Source: Candidatus Saccharimonadota bacterium | GTDB taxonomy: Bacteria > Patescibacteriota > Doudnabacteria > UBA920 > O2-02-FULL-48-8 | Direction of reading: 5' to 3' | NCBI GenBank assembly: GCA_050259015.1 | Contig: JBLMZV010000050.1 | Span: 1 to 40,812 of the forward strand | DNA length: 40,812 nt | The notes under the pieces: model-generated | What the model saw: only the letters and a program-made list of their open reading frames with translations | Told to the model about the DNA's origin: nothing | Databases searched by the model: none | In this document: positions 32,948 through 40,812 of the stretch, in pieces | Layout: the number at the start of each line of letters is the position of its first letter | Numbering within the stretch: position 1 is the stretch's first letter | Position numbers and translations under genes: made by a program

Positions 32948-33207
32948 TAAAGCCAGCCCCGAATGCGGGGAGAACGTTAAAAAGACTATAGAATTCTCTA
33001 TATAAAGATTCTATTTAAACTTTGATTGCACCTCATCTTTAGCTCAATGATCGCAAGTTTTTCGTCTCAATACATCGATCCGTGTTCATCCCCGTCCAAC
33101 ACCGGGGATAATCGTGATTATTTGAAACAAAACATCCTTCCGCGGGAGTAATTTCGCGGAGTCTTTGAGGAAAGATTCAGGCCAATCAGGATTGGAAGGT
33201 TTTCATT

Positions 33208-34725
33208 ATGGAAATTTGGCAAATCCTCATCGGTATCGCGGTGGGGCTGATCGCCGGTTATTTTATCCGGAAGGTTCAGATAGCGAGCAAGGTCAATTCC
33301 GTGGAGGCCAAGGTCTCCCGGCTGCTCGAGGAGGCTCACAGTAAGGAAAAGGAAATCCTGCTCGAGGCCAAGAGCAAGGGCATCGAAATCGTGGAGCAGG
33401 CCAAGAAAAGCGAACAAGAATTCCGCAACCAGATCATCAAGGTGGAAGACCGCCTGTCCAAGCGGGACGCCGATCTGGAACGGAAGTTCACGGAGGTGGA
33501 GCGATTGCGCGGCGAAATCAGCAAGAAGCGGGAAGAGATCGTGAAGACCCAGGAAGAGCTGAAGGAAATCCGCCAGAAGCAGGTCGACCAGCTGCAGAAA
33601 ATCAGCGGTCTGTCTCTCGATGACGCGAAGCGGGTGCTGTTGGAGGCCACCGAACGCAACATGCGCGAGGAGCTGGCGGGATTGACCCGCAAGCTGGTAA
33701 TCCAGGCGCACGACGAGGCGGACAAGAAGGCCCGCGAAATCGTGGCCATGGCCATTCAGCGCTGCGCTTCGGAAGTGACCAGCGAAACCACGACCACAGC
33801 AGTGACGTTGCCTAACGAGGAAATGAAGGGACGCATCATCGGCAAAGAAGGCCGGAACATCCGGACCTTTGAACAGATGCTCGGGGTGGAAGTGATCGTG
33901 GACGATACGCCGGATGCCGTGATTATCTCCGGTTTCAATTCGGTCCGCCGGCACATCGCCAAGATCGCTCTTGAGAAACTTATCCAGGACGGCCGGATTC
34001 ATCCGGCCAAGATCGAAGAGGCGACCGAGAAGGCCAAGAAAGAGGTGGCGGAAATGATTAAGGAAGCCGGGGAAGCTGCGGTTTACGAACTCGGCATCGC
34101 CAACTTCCCGCCGAAACTCGTGCAATTGATCGGCCGGTTGAAGTTTCGGACCAGCTACGGCCAGAACGTGCTCAAACACTCGGTGGAAATGGCTAAATTG
34201 GCCGCCATAATCGCCGAGGACCTGGGCGCCGACGTGCAGGTGGTGAAACAGGGCGCCCTGCTTCATGACATCGGCAAGGCCTTGGATCAGGATATGGAAG
34301 GCACACACGTGGAGATCGGCAAACAGATCGCCAAGAAATTCAACCTGCCGGAAAAGATCATCAACGCCATTGAGGCGCACCACGGCGACGTGGAATACAC
34401 TTCCATCGAAGCGGCTATCGTGGATGCGGCGGACAATATCTCAGGCTCCCGTCCGGGCGCCCGGCGCGATACGTACGAACAGTACGTGCAGCGCCTGGAG
34501 GAACTGGAAACTTTGGCAATGGGCTTCGAGGGCGTGGAAAAGGTTTACGCCATCCAGGCGGGGCGCGAGATCCGGGTGTTCGTACGGCCGGAAAAAGTGG
34601 ACGATTGGGGAGCCGCCAAGATGGCCCGGGAGATTTCGAACAAGATCGAACAGGACTTGAAGTATCCGGGCGAGATCAAAGTCATGGTCATCCGGGAAAC
34701 CCGGGTGATCGAGTACGCAAGATAA
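33208..34725 (+). CDS. rny: Ribonuclease Y
   Basis: N-terminal TM helix, long coiled coil, KH domain (GRIIGKEGRNIRTFE), and HD domain (LLHDIGKA...HHGD). Confidence 0.95.
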   Translation: MEIWQILIGIAVGLIAGYFIRKVQIASKVNSVEAKVSRLLEEAHSKEKEILLEAKSKGIEIVEQAKKSEQEFRNQIIKVEDRLSKRDADLERKFTEVERLRGEISKKREEIVKTQEELKEIRQKQVDQLQKISGLSLDDAKRVLLEATERNMREELAGLTRKLVIQAHDEADKKAREIVAMAIQRCASEVTSETTTTAVTLPNEEMKGRIIGKEGRNIRTFEQMLGVEVIVDDTPDAVIISGFNSVRRHIAKIALEKLIQDGRIHPAKIEEATEKAKKEVAEMIKEAGEAAVYELGIANFPPKLVQLIGRLKFRTSYGQNVLKHSVEMAKLAAIIAEDLGADVQVVKQGALLHDIGKALDQDMEGTHVEIGKQIAKKFNLPEKIINAIEAHHGDVEYTSIEAAIVDAADNISGSRPGARRDTYEQYVQRLEELETLAMGFEGVEKVYAIQAGREIRVFVRPEKVDDWGAAKMAREISNKIEQDLKYPGEIKVMVIRETRVIEYAR

Positions 34726-34729
34726 TCAT

Positions 34730-35545
34730 ATGCTTAAGATCGTATTTTTCGGCGACGTCTGCGGAGAGCCGGGCCGAAAAGTCATAAAAAAATATCTGCC
34801 CGAAATCGCTGCGGCCGAAAAGCCGGACCTGGTTTTGGGCAACATCGAAAACCTGGCGCACGGCAAAGGCGTGACGGTCAAGACCGTGGAAGAGATGATG
34901 CGCGCCGGGATCCAGGCTTTCACCTCGGGCAATCACGTATTCTCCAAGAAGGACCTGTCCAATGCGGTCTTCGACAAGTATCCGGACCGGATTGTTCGGC
35001 CGGCGAATTTCCCGGCGGGCTACCAGGGCAAGTCGGCCATAGTAGTGCCTACCGGCAAGGGAGACGTCTTGGTCGGTAACTTCATGGGCGCGGTCTTCAT
35101 GGAAAAACAATTCCATGATCCCTTCCAGTCGCCGTTTGCGGAAATTGACGACTGGCTCAAGAAGTATGAACCGAAAAAATACAGCGCATCCTTAATCGAC
35201 CTTCACGCGGAAGCCACGAGCGAAAAAGTCGCATTCGGCTACTATCTCGATGGTAAGATTTCGGCGCTTCTCGGTACGCATACCCATATCCCGACCGCAG
35301 ATGCGAAGGTCCTGCCAGGCGGCACCGGCTATATTACGGACGTGGGGATGTGCGGCGCGGCCGGCTCGGTGCTCGGAGTCAAGAAAGAACTGTCGCTGGA
35401 ACGGTTCACCAGCGGCGGCTGGGTGCCGTTCGATATCCCTGAGGAGGTGTCGAAAGGCGAGTTGTCTTATGTTATCATAAACGTGGACGAAACAACCGGC
35501 CAAACCGCGGATATCCGCGGGGTCCACCGGATCGTAGAGATTTAA
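34730..35545 (+). CDS. ymdB: YmdB-like metallophosphoesterase (2',3'-cyclic-nucleotide phosphodiesterase family)
   Basis: IVFFGDVCGEPGRK, NIENLAHGKG and GNHV motifs. Conserved rny-ymdB adjacency. Confidence 0.88.
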   Translation: MLKIVFFGDVCGEPGRKVIKKYLPEIAAAEKPDLVLGNIENLAHGKGVTVKTVEEMMRAGIQAFTSGNHVFSKKDLSNAVFDKYPDRIVRPANFPAGYQGKSAIVVPTGKGDVLVGNFMGAVFMEKQFHDPFQSPFAEIDDWLKKYEPKKYSASLIDLHAEATSEKVAFGYYLDGKISALLGTHTHIPTADAKVLPGGTGYITDVGMCGAAGSVLGVKKELSLERFTSGGWVPFDIPEEVSKGELSYVIINVDETTGQTADIRGVHRIVEI

Positions 35546-35554
35546 AATAAAAAT

Positions 35555-36109
35555 ATGGCAAACTCAGGCTATGGGGGGAATAAGTTTCTGGATCCCGAAA
35601 AGATTTTGTTCCAGGCTGGTTTAGGCAAAGGACAGGTTATGGCCGACCTTGGGGCGGGCAGCGGTTATTACGTGCTGGCTGCCGGAAAGATGGTCGGCGG
35701 GAAGGGCACTGTCTACGCCGTGGACCTGTTGGAAAGCGCCTTGGAACACATCGGGGCGGAAGCCCGGCTCCGGCTTATCCGGAACGTCCGGACTATCCGG
35801 GCGGATTTGGATAATCCCGTTGCCTGCGGCTCCATTCCGGCAGGCACCTGCGATATGGTGCTCATGGGCAACGTGGTCCATGAGGCCAAGAACCGGAAGA
35901 ATTTGTTTATCGAGGCATACCGGCTCCTGAAGACCGGCGGCCATCTGTTGATCCTCGAATGGAACGACCAGAGAAGTCCGATCGGACCGGCGCCGGAAGT
36001 CCGGGTTAGCCCCCAGGAGGTCACGGCACTGGCCGAGGGCAACAGCCTTAAATTCTTAAAGAGGCTCGATGCCGACCAGTACCATTATTGTCTGCTGTTC
36101 AGCAAGTAA
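35555..36109 (+). CDS. Class I SAM-dependent methyltransferase
   Basis: Motif I VMADLGAGSGYY, then an acidic residue in VYAVDL, and a Methyltransf_11-like layout. Confidence 0.75.
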   Translation: MANSGYGGNKFLDPEKILFQAGLGKGQVMADLGAGSGYYVLAAGKMVGGKGTVYAVDLLESALEHIGAEARLRLIRNVRTIRADLDNPVACGSIPAGTCDMVLMGNVVHEAKNRKNLFIEAYRLLKTGGHLLILEWNDQRSPIGPAPEVRVSPQEVTALAEGNSLKFLKRLDADQYHYCLLFSK

Positions 36110-36125
36110 TTAATTTTTAAAGACG

Positions 36126-36524
36126 ATGTTCAAAGATTCCTCGTTCTGGCTGTCACAGCCGCCAATGTTTCTGACCAGATTCGATAACTGGGCCGCTTAT
36201 GGTTTGATCGCGGCGCTTGCCGTCGGTCTCGTCCTCTGGTTCATCCAGCGTTTCGTCAAGCATGAAGTGGTTAATCGTCTGGTTTCCCGGATTCGCAACC
36301 TGGCGATAAGCATGAGCATTATCGGCCTTCTTTGGGTCGGGTTCCGGTACGAGAACACCCCGATTTTCTCCCGCCGGGCATGGTTTCTTGCGATCTTCAT
36401 CATCGGGTTGATTTGGCTCGGATTCATCGTGAAATATTTCTTTACCGGTTTCCGGTCGGAAAAAAGGGATTACGAATTCAATCTCCAGAACAGCAGATAT
36501 CTCAACAACCGCCGGAAAAATTAA
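36126..36524 (+). CDS. Small membrane protein of unknown function
   Basis: 132 aa with three hydrophobic helices. Sits in an operon-like position. Confidence 0.55.
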   Translation: MFKDSSFWLSQPPMFLTRFDNWAAYGLIAALAVGLVLWFIQRFVKHEVVNRLVSRIRNLAISMSIIGLLWVGFRYENTPIFSRRAWFLAIFIIGLIWLGFIVKYFFTGFRSEKRDYEFNLQNSRYLNNRRKN

Positions 36525-36533
36525 CCAGATACC

Positions 36534-36911
36534 ATGCCAGCCAATCAGCTGGGTCAATTGGCGGAGGATTTGGCGGCCGAATATTACCGCCGGGACGGGT
36601 TTCGGATCCTTCACCGGAACTTCCGGCCGCCGAAGGGCAAACAGATAGGCGAGATCGATATCGTAGCCCGGAAAGGGAACGATCTGGTGTTCGTGGAAGT
36701 CAAAGCCAGGACCACGCGGGGTTTCGGCGACCCCTACGAGGCCGTTGACCGGAGCAAGCAGCTGAAGTTGGTGAGGATGGCGAAGCTTTACCGGCAGCTG
36801 TACCCGGAGCTTATAGACTGCGATTACCGGATCGATGTGGCTGCGGTGGACATTGACAATTCCCATGAGCCTGTTATAATACTGTCGAACGCTATTGAAG
36901 ACTCTGACTAA
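36534..36911 (+). CDS. yraN: YraN-family (UPF0102) endonuclease-like protein
   Basis: GQLAEDLAAEYYRRDGFRIL.RNFR...GEIDIVARKGNDLVFVEVKART is the YraN signature. Confidence 0.85.
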   Translation: MPANQLGQLAEDLAAEYYRRDGFRILHRNFRPPKGKQIGEIDIVARKGNDLVFVEVKARTTRGFGDPYEAVDRSKQLKLVRMAKLYRQLYPELIDCDYRIDVAAVDIDNSHEPVIILSNAIEDSD

Positions 36912-36936
36912 ACGAGCATTAAGCTCGTATTTTTTT
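36912..36936 (+). terminator. Terminator after yraN
   Basis: ACGAGC-attaa-GCTCGT hairpin followed by ATTTTTTT. Confidence 0.65.
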
Positions 36937-36970
36937 ATAATAAAATTAATTCTTCAGTGGCAACAATAAA

Positions 36971-38125
36971 ATGAACGAACAATTTGAGCAAGCCTTGAAC
37001 CAGATAGCGGAAGAAAAAGACATTGATCGCAACGAAATCCTCAAGATGATCGAGGCGTCTTTGGCCGCGGCTTTCCGCAAGGATTACGGGAAAAAGGACC
37101 AGAATATCGTGGTGGAGTTTTTTCCGGAGAATCTGTCCACCAAGGTCTTCGACGTCAAGAAAGTGGTGGAAGAAGTAACGGACCCGGTTAAGGAAGTGAC
37201 GCTCGAAGAAGGCAAGAAACTGAAGAAGTCGGCCAAGGTCGGCGATGAGATCAAGACGGATATCACTCCGAAGGCCGGCGCCAAGTTCGGCCGGATAGCG
37301 GCCCAGACCGCCAAACAGGTGATTGTCCAGAAGATCCGGGAAGCGGAACGCGGCGCGATGTTCTCCGATTACAAGGCCAAGGAAAGACAATTGGTTTCAG
37401 GCATCATCCAGCGGGTGGAAGGCGATACGGTCCTGGTCGACCTCGGCAAGGCGACCGGCGTACTGTTCCCTTCCGAACAGATCAAGAACGAGAAGTATTC
37501 CATCGGCAGCCGCCTGAAGGTCCTGATCCTGCACGTGGAGCCTACGGCAAAAGGACCGAAAATCACCCTGTCGCGTTCGCATCCGGACGTCGTCCGGCGC
37601 CTGTTCGAGATCGAAGTCCCGGAAATCTTCAACGGAATCGTCGAAGTGAAGTCTATCGCCCGGGAAGCCGGATCCCGCACCAAGATCGCGGTCTGGTCGT
37701 CCCAGGAAGGCGTGGACCCCATCGGCGCCTGCGTCGGCCAACGTGGCACCCGGGTGCAGGTGGTCATGTCGGAATTGAACGGCGAAAAGATCGATATAAT
37801 TTCCTGGTCGGAAGATTCGGTGAAGTTTATAGCCAACGCCCTGTCGCCGGCCAAGATCTTAAACGTCAGCCTGAACGAAGAAGCTAAGGAAGCGAAAGTC
37901 GGCGTGCTCGAAGACCAGCTGTCGCTCGCAATCGGCAAGGCGGGTCAGAACGTCCGCTTGGCCGCGCGTTTGACCAACTGGAAGATCGACATCCTTGAAG
38001 AAAAAATCGGAGGCGGCGAGACGACATCCGAATCGGTGACTCCGGAGGAGCAGGTCGAGATGGATGATAAGGCTGAAGTCGCCGAGCCGGGGGAGATGGA
38101 ACAGGAAGAGACTGCAGCCTCATAA
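36971..38125 (+). CDS. nusA: Transcription termination/antitermination factor NusA
   Basis: N-terminal domain, S1 domain ([18 protein letters not shown]), two KH domains ([27 protein letters not shown]), and an acidic tail. Confidence 0.93.
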   Translation: MNEQFEQALNQIAEEKDIDRNEILKMIEASLAAAFRKDYGKKDQNIVVEFFPENLSTKVFDVKKVVEEVTDPVKEVTLEEGKKLKKSAKVGDEIKTDITPKAGAKFGRIAAQTAKQVIVQKIREAERGAMFSDYKAKERQLVSGIIQRVEGDTVLVDLGKATGVLFPSEQIKNEKYSIGSRLKVLILHVEPTAKGPKITLSRSHPDVVRRLFEIEVPEIFNGIVEVKSIAREAGSRTKIAVWSSQEGVDPIGACVGQRGTRVQVVMSELNGEKIDIISWSEDSVKFIANALSPAKILNVSLNEEAKEAKVGVLEDQLSLAIGKAGQNVRLAARLTNWKIDILEEKIGGGETTSESVTPEEQVEMDDKAEVAEPGEMEQEETAAS

Positions 38126-38193
38126 TCGTCAGTTTGCCAATTCACGACAAAAGCATACTGGTTTATGATGAGATATCTTTAACCGGAAATATT

Positions 38194-38817
38194 ATGCTCA
38201 ATATCAGTTCAACCAATAAGCCCAACGAAGTGATGATGCCTCTTGTCCCGATGGTCGTGGAGAAGTCGCAGTTCGGCGAACGCGCCTTCGACATCTATTC
38301 CAGACTCCTTAAGGAACGGATAATCTTCCTGGGAGAAGCCATCGATGATCACGTCGCGAATCTTACGATAGCGCAATTGCTTTTTCTGTCCGCCGAAGAT
38401 CCCAAGAAGGAAATCAAGATCTATATCAATTCCCCCGGAGGGTCGGTGACCTCCGCGCTTGCGATCTACGATACGATGCAGTACGTGCAGCCGGAAGTCT
38501 CGACCGTCTGCATCGGACAGGCCGCGTCGGCGGCGGCGGTGTTGCTCGCTGCAGGCGCAAAGGGCAAGCGGGTTTCGTTGCCCAACGCGCGCATCATGAT
38601 CCATCAGGTGATGATGGAAGGCATGGGCGGACAGGCCAGGGATGTGGAGATACAGACTAAGGAGATGCTGCGGATAAAAAATCAGATCAATGACATCCTG
38701 GTTAAGCACACCGGGCAGAGCCTCAAGAAGATCGAAACCGACACTGATCGGGACTTCTTCATGGCCCCGGAAGAGGCTAAGGCCTACGGTCTGATCGACC
38801 AGATTATCGTCCAGTAG
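38194..38817 (+). CDS. clpP: ATP-dependent Clp protease proteolytic subunit
   Basis: [33 protein letters not shown] (catalytic Ser), IMIHQ (His), and DRDFFM (Asp). Start set at the ATG at 38194; a later MMPLVP start is possible. Confidence 0.93.
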   Translation: MLNISSTNKPNEVMMPLVPMVVEKSQFGERAFDIYSRLLKERIIFLGEAIDDHVANLTIAQLLFLSAEDPKKEIKIYINSPGGSVTSALAIYDTMQYVQPEVSTVCIGQAASAAAVLLAAGAKGKRVSLPNARIMIHQVMMEGMGGQARDVEIQTKEMLRIKNQINDILVKHTGQSLKKIETDTDRDFFMAPEEAKAYGLIDQIIVQ

Positions 38818-38850
38818 GAAGTCGCTTAATAACGACAAAACGAACCGTCA

Positions 38851-38878
38851 AAACCGCCAATAAAATGGCGGTTTTTTT
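38851..38878 (+). terminator. Terminator after clpP
   Basis: AAACCGCCA-ataaaa-TGGCGGTTT hairpin followed by TTTT. Confidence 0.75.
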
Positions 38879-38913
38879 GTTTTTCGGGAAATAACCGTGG
38901 TCTTTGCCGCGGC

Positions 38914-38942
38914 TTGACTTTATGCAAAATTTTTGTTATTAT
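38914..38942 (+). promoter_or_regulatory. Promoter of the HTH/surface-protein unit
   Basis: TTGACT, 17-nt spacer, TATTAT. Confidence 0.5.
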
Positions 38943-39102
38943 AGTTATAGCAATGGTAGGTTTTGTTAGGTTCCAAGAAACAAAAATACATTAAAAATCG
39001 AGAGAAGACGAAGGAAGCTCCAAAATTGAGCTTCTTTCTGTGTTTCTTAGGCCTAAATCCAGCTTAAGAAACGCTCGTGAAACAAAAACAAAAACAAAGG
39101 TC

Positions 39103-39282
39103 ATGTCATTCGAGGAAATGCCGGAGCTCCTCACGATCCGTGAGGTGACCAAACTACTCAACGTCCATCCAAACACCCTTCGCAACTGGGAGAAAGAAGG
39201 GCTTATTCAAGTTGTCCGGATTGGCCCCCGTAAAGACAGGCGCTATAAGAAAGAGGTCATTAAGAAGATCATGTACATCTGA
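39103..39282 (+). CDS. Small (59 aa) excisionase/MerR-superfamily HTH DNA-binding protein
   Basis: LLTIREVTKLLNVHPNTLRNWEKEGLIQVVRIGPRKDRRY matches the excisionase-type HTH_17 pattern. Confidence 0.7.
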   Translation: MSFEEMPELLTIREVTKLLNVHPNTLRNWEKEGLIQVVRIGPRKDRRYKKEVIKKIMYI

Positions 39283-39287
39283 AGAAT

Positions 39288-40812
39288 ATGACACGGCCAA
39301 AGGCACAACTGCATACGGCGCCAATCAGGAAGTTTTCCTGGCTTTTGACCGTGGCTGCCCTGGCGCTCGTCTTCTCGGCTTTGGCCTGGACGAAAGTCGT
39401 GGCCGCTCCCGGCGTGCCAAAGACCATCAGCTACCAGGGCAGGCTCACCGACGCCTCCGGGAATCTTTTGGGCGGCGCGGGAACCAACTACTTCTTCAAG
39501 TTTTCCATCTGGGATAACCCGACCGTGGGAATGGGCAATCGTCTATGGCCGCTCGGCGCCCCGGGCGTCACTACCCTGAACGTCGCTTCCGGAGTATTCA
39601 ACGTGAACATCGGCGATACCGTCAATGGCTACCCCGACGCGCTGACGTACAATTTCAATGATAACGACACGGTCTATCTGCAGGTTGAGGCTTCGTCCAA
39701 CAACGTGACCTTCGAGACGCTGTCGCCGCGACAGGCAATCACCTCGAGCGGGTTCGCGATTAACGCGGGCAGCGTACTCGGCAGGACGCCGGGCACGAAC
39801 GCTAACAATCTGCTTACTCTGGATGCAAGCGGCAACATCGACATCGGCGGCCAGATCATAACCGGATCTTCGATCCAAGCCGGCACGGGTCTCATGAACG
39901 GCACGGCGGTCACGGTCAACACAGCCGGCGGGTTCACCGGCAACCTGATAGACCTGCAAGTTTCGGGCTCTTCCAGGCTGCGAGTAGATCAGGCGGGGAA
40001 TACGGTCGTCGCAGGCAACTTAGACGCAAGCGGCGCGATCCAGTCCGGCTCCTCCAACGTAAACGTCACCTTGCCCACCGGCTACATCGACGCCAACGCC
40101 ATCACGCTGACCGCTTCCGGCACAGTCGGAAGCACGGCAACCAGCTCCGGCTTGGAGGTGGTGGGCAACGGACTCACCTTGCTTAAAGGTTGTCTGGACA
40201 ACCAGCTGTTGAAATGGAATGACGCTTTGGAACAGTGGCAGTGCGCCAATGACACAGGCGGTATAGGCGGCGCCTCCACGCTGCAGGGTTCTTACGACAA
40301 CGGCAATTCTATCGTGACCACGAACGGCCGGAACATTTCGATTACGCTGGCCGATACGGCTGTTGACAGCAATTTCACGATTTCCATCGCCGACAACTCG
40401 ATCTCGACCGTTTCCATCACCCGCGCCAACGGCACTGGAGTCAATGACCCGGCGCAGCTATTGGTCTTAAGCAACCTCGATCTTGACCGAAGCATTGCCG
40501 ATGGACTGAAGATCACGTCGGCTACCGGCGGGATAGTGGACGGCATAGACGTGTCGGGAAGCAATATCACGAACGCCCTCAACATCGGACAGAACGCCAT
40601 CCTCTCTAATGGGGTGACGATTTCCTGGTCCGAGCTGAACCGGCTGGACGGATTGGACGGGCCTATCCTCGACACCAATGACGCGGTGAATACCTCCATC
40701 ACCGGGGTTGGCACTTTGACTTCCGGGACCTGGAATGCCGATATGATCGGCGTGGCTTACGGAGGCACCAACAATAACGCATTCAACGACGGAAAGTTTT
40801 TGACATATAACG
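39288..40812 (+). CDS. N-terminal 508 codons of a large secreted fibre-like surface protein. Open to the window end and absent from the ORF track.
   Basis: My own translation from the ATG at 39288 finds no stop codon through 40812. Signal/anchor FSWLLTVAALALVFSALAWTKVVAAPG, then PKTISYQGRLTDASGNLLGGAGTNYFFKFSIWDNP. The rest is Gly/Asn/Thr/Ser-rich beta-repeat-like sequence with a CLDNQLLKWNDALEQWQC motif. Confidence 0.8.
   Translation, partial: MTRPKAQLHTAPIRKFSWLLTVAALALVFSALAWTKVVAAPGVPKTISYQGRLTDASGNLLGGAGTNYFFKFSIWDNPTVGMGNRLWPLGAPGVTTLNVASGVFNVNIGDTVNGYPDALTYNFNDNDTVYLQVEASSNNVTFETLSPRQAITSSGFAINAGSVLGRTPGTNANNLLTLDASGNIDIGGQIITGSSIQAGTGLMNGTAVTVNTAGGFTGNLIDLQVSGSSRLRVDQAGNTVVAGNLDASGAIQSGSSNVNVTLPTGYIDANAITLTASGTVGSTATSSGLEVVGNGLTLLKGCLDNQLLKWNDALEQWQCANDTGGIGGASTLQGSYDNGNSIVTTNGRNISITLADTAVDSNFTISIADNSISTVSITRANGTGVNDPAQLLVLSNLDLDRSIADGLKITSATGGIVDGIDVSGSNITNALNIGQNAILSNGVTISWSELNRLDGLDGPILDTNDAVNTSITGVGTLTSGTWNADMIGVAYGGTNNNAFNDGKFLTYN

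Noticed and set aside
1-40812. Alternative genetic code (UGA recoded as Gly or Trp, as in some CPR lineages).
   Set aside because: TGA closes conserved genes at the expected C-termini (for example trmD at 30722-30724, pilin paralog 2 at 16079-16081, and island genes B and C). No recognised gene shows an in-frame TGA. Code 11 fits.

Overview
This 40.8-kb window looks like a compact, gene-dense chromosome segment from a small-genome bacterium. By inference only it resembles Patescibacteria/CPR: arrays of VirB2-like mini-pilins, a cohesin-domain protein, a short SMC, tRNAs with encoded CCA, and many overlapping gene junctions. Standard code 11 fits, since TGA terminates conserved genes.

Almost every gene is on the + strand and is recognisable housekeeping:
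- infB (3' part), rbfA, a DHH phosphoesterase, ftsK, a rodZ-like gene, recA
- a dksA/traR-like gene, lspA, tRNA-Ile(UAU), a divergent Prs-like gene, lexA, comM, galU, an orphan solute-binding protein
- tRNA-Leu(UAG), ftsH, tRNA-Val(GAC), rnc, smc, dedA
- rpsP, a KH-domain gene, trmD, an rluD-like gene, rplS
- a cohesin-domain protein, rny, ymdB, a methyltransferase, yraN, nusA, clpP

Four regions are not ordinary:
1. **Pilin array (15045-17251).** Five tandem genes carry six modules of VirB2/TrbC-like mini-pilins, with no secretion ATPase in view.
2. **Minus-strand island (17299-21890).** This is the only opposite-strand block. It holds a translationally coupled four-gene operon (two ATGA overlaps) encoding a beta-sandwich protein and three membrane proteins I cannot assign to any family. 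A separately promoted secreted protein follows it. This is my best candidate for an undescribed envelope-associated system.
3. **ORF-free stretch (about 6600-7338).** It sits between recA and dksA, has a near-consensus promoter and extensive hairpins, and is a candidate ncRNA.
4. **3' edge of the window.** An excisionase-type HTH gene is followed by a long open frame (39288 to the window end). The supplied ORF track omits it because it has no stop. It encodes the N-terminus of a large secreted, fibre-like surface protein.

A strikingly regular TTGACA-N17-TATA(C/A)T promoter motif and clean hairpin plus T-run terminators let transcription units be drawn by eye. All protein calls rest on my reading of the translated ORFs. 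No database search was run.
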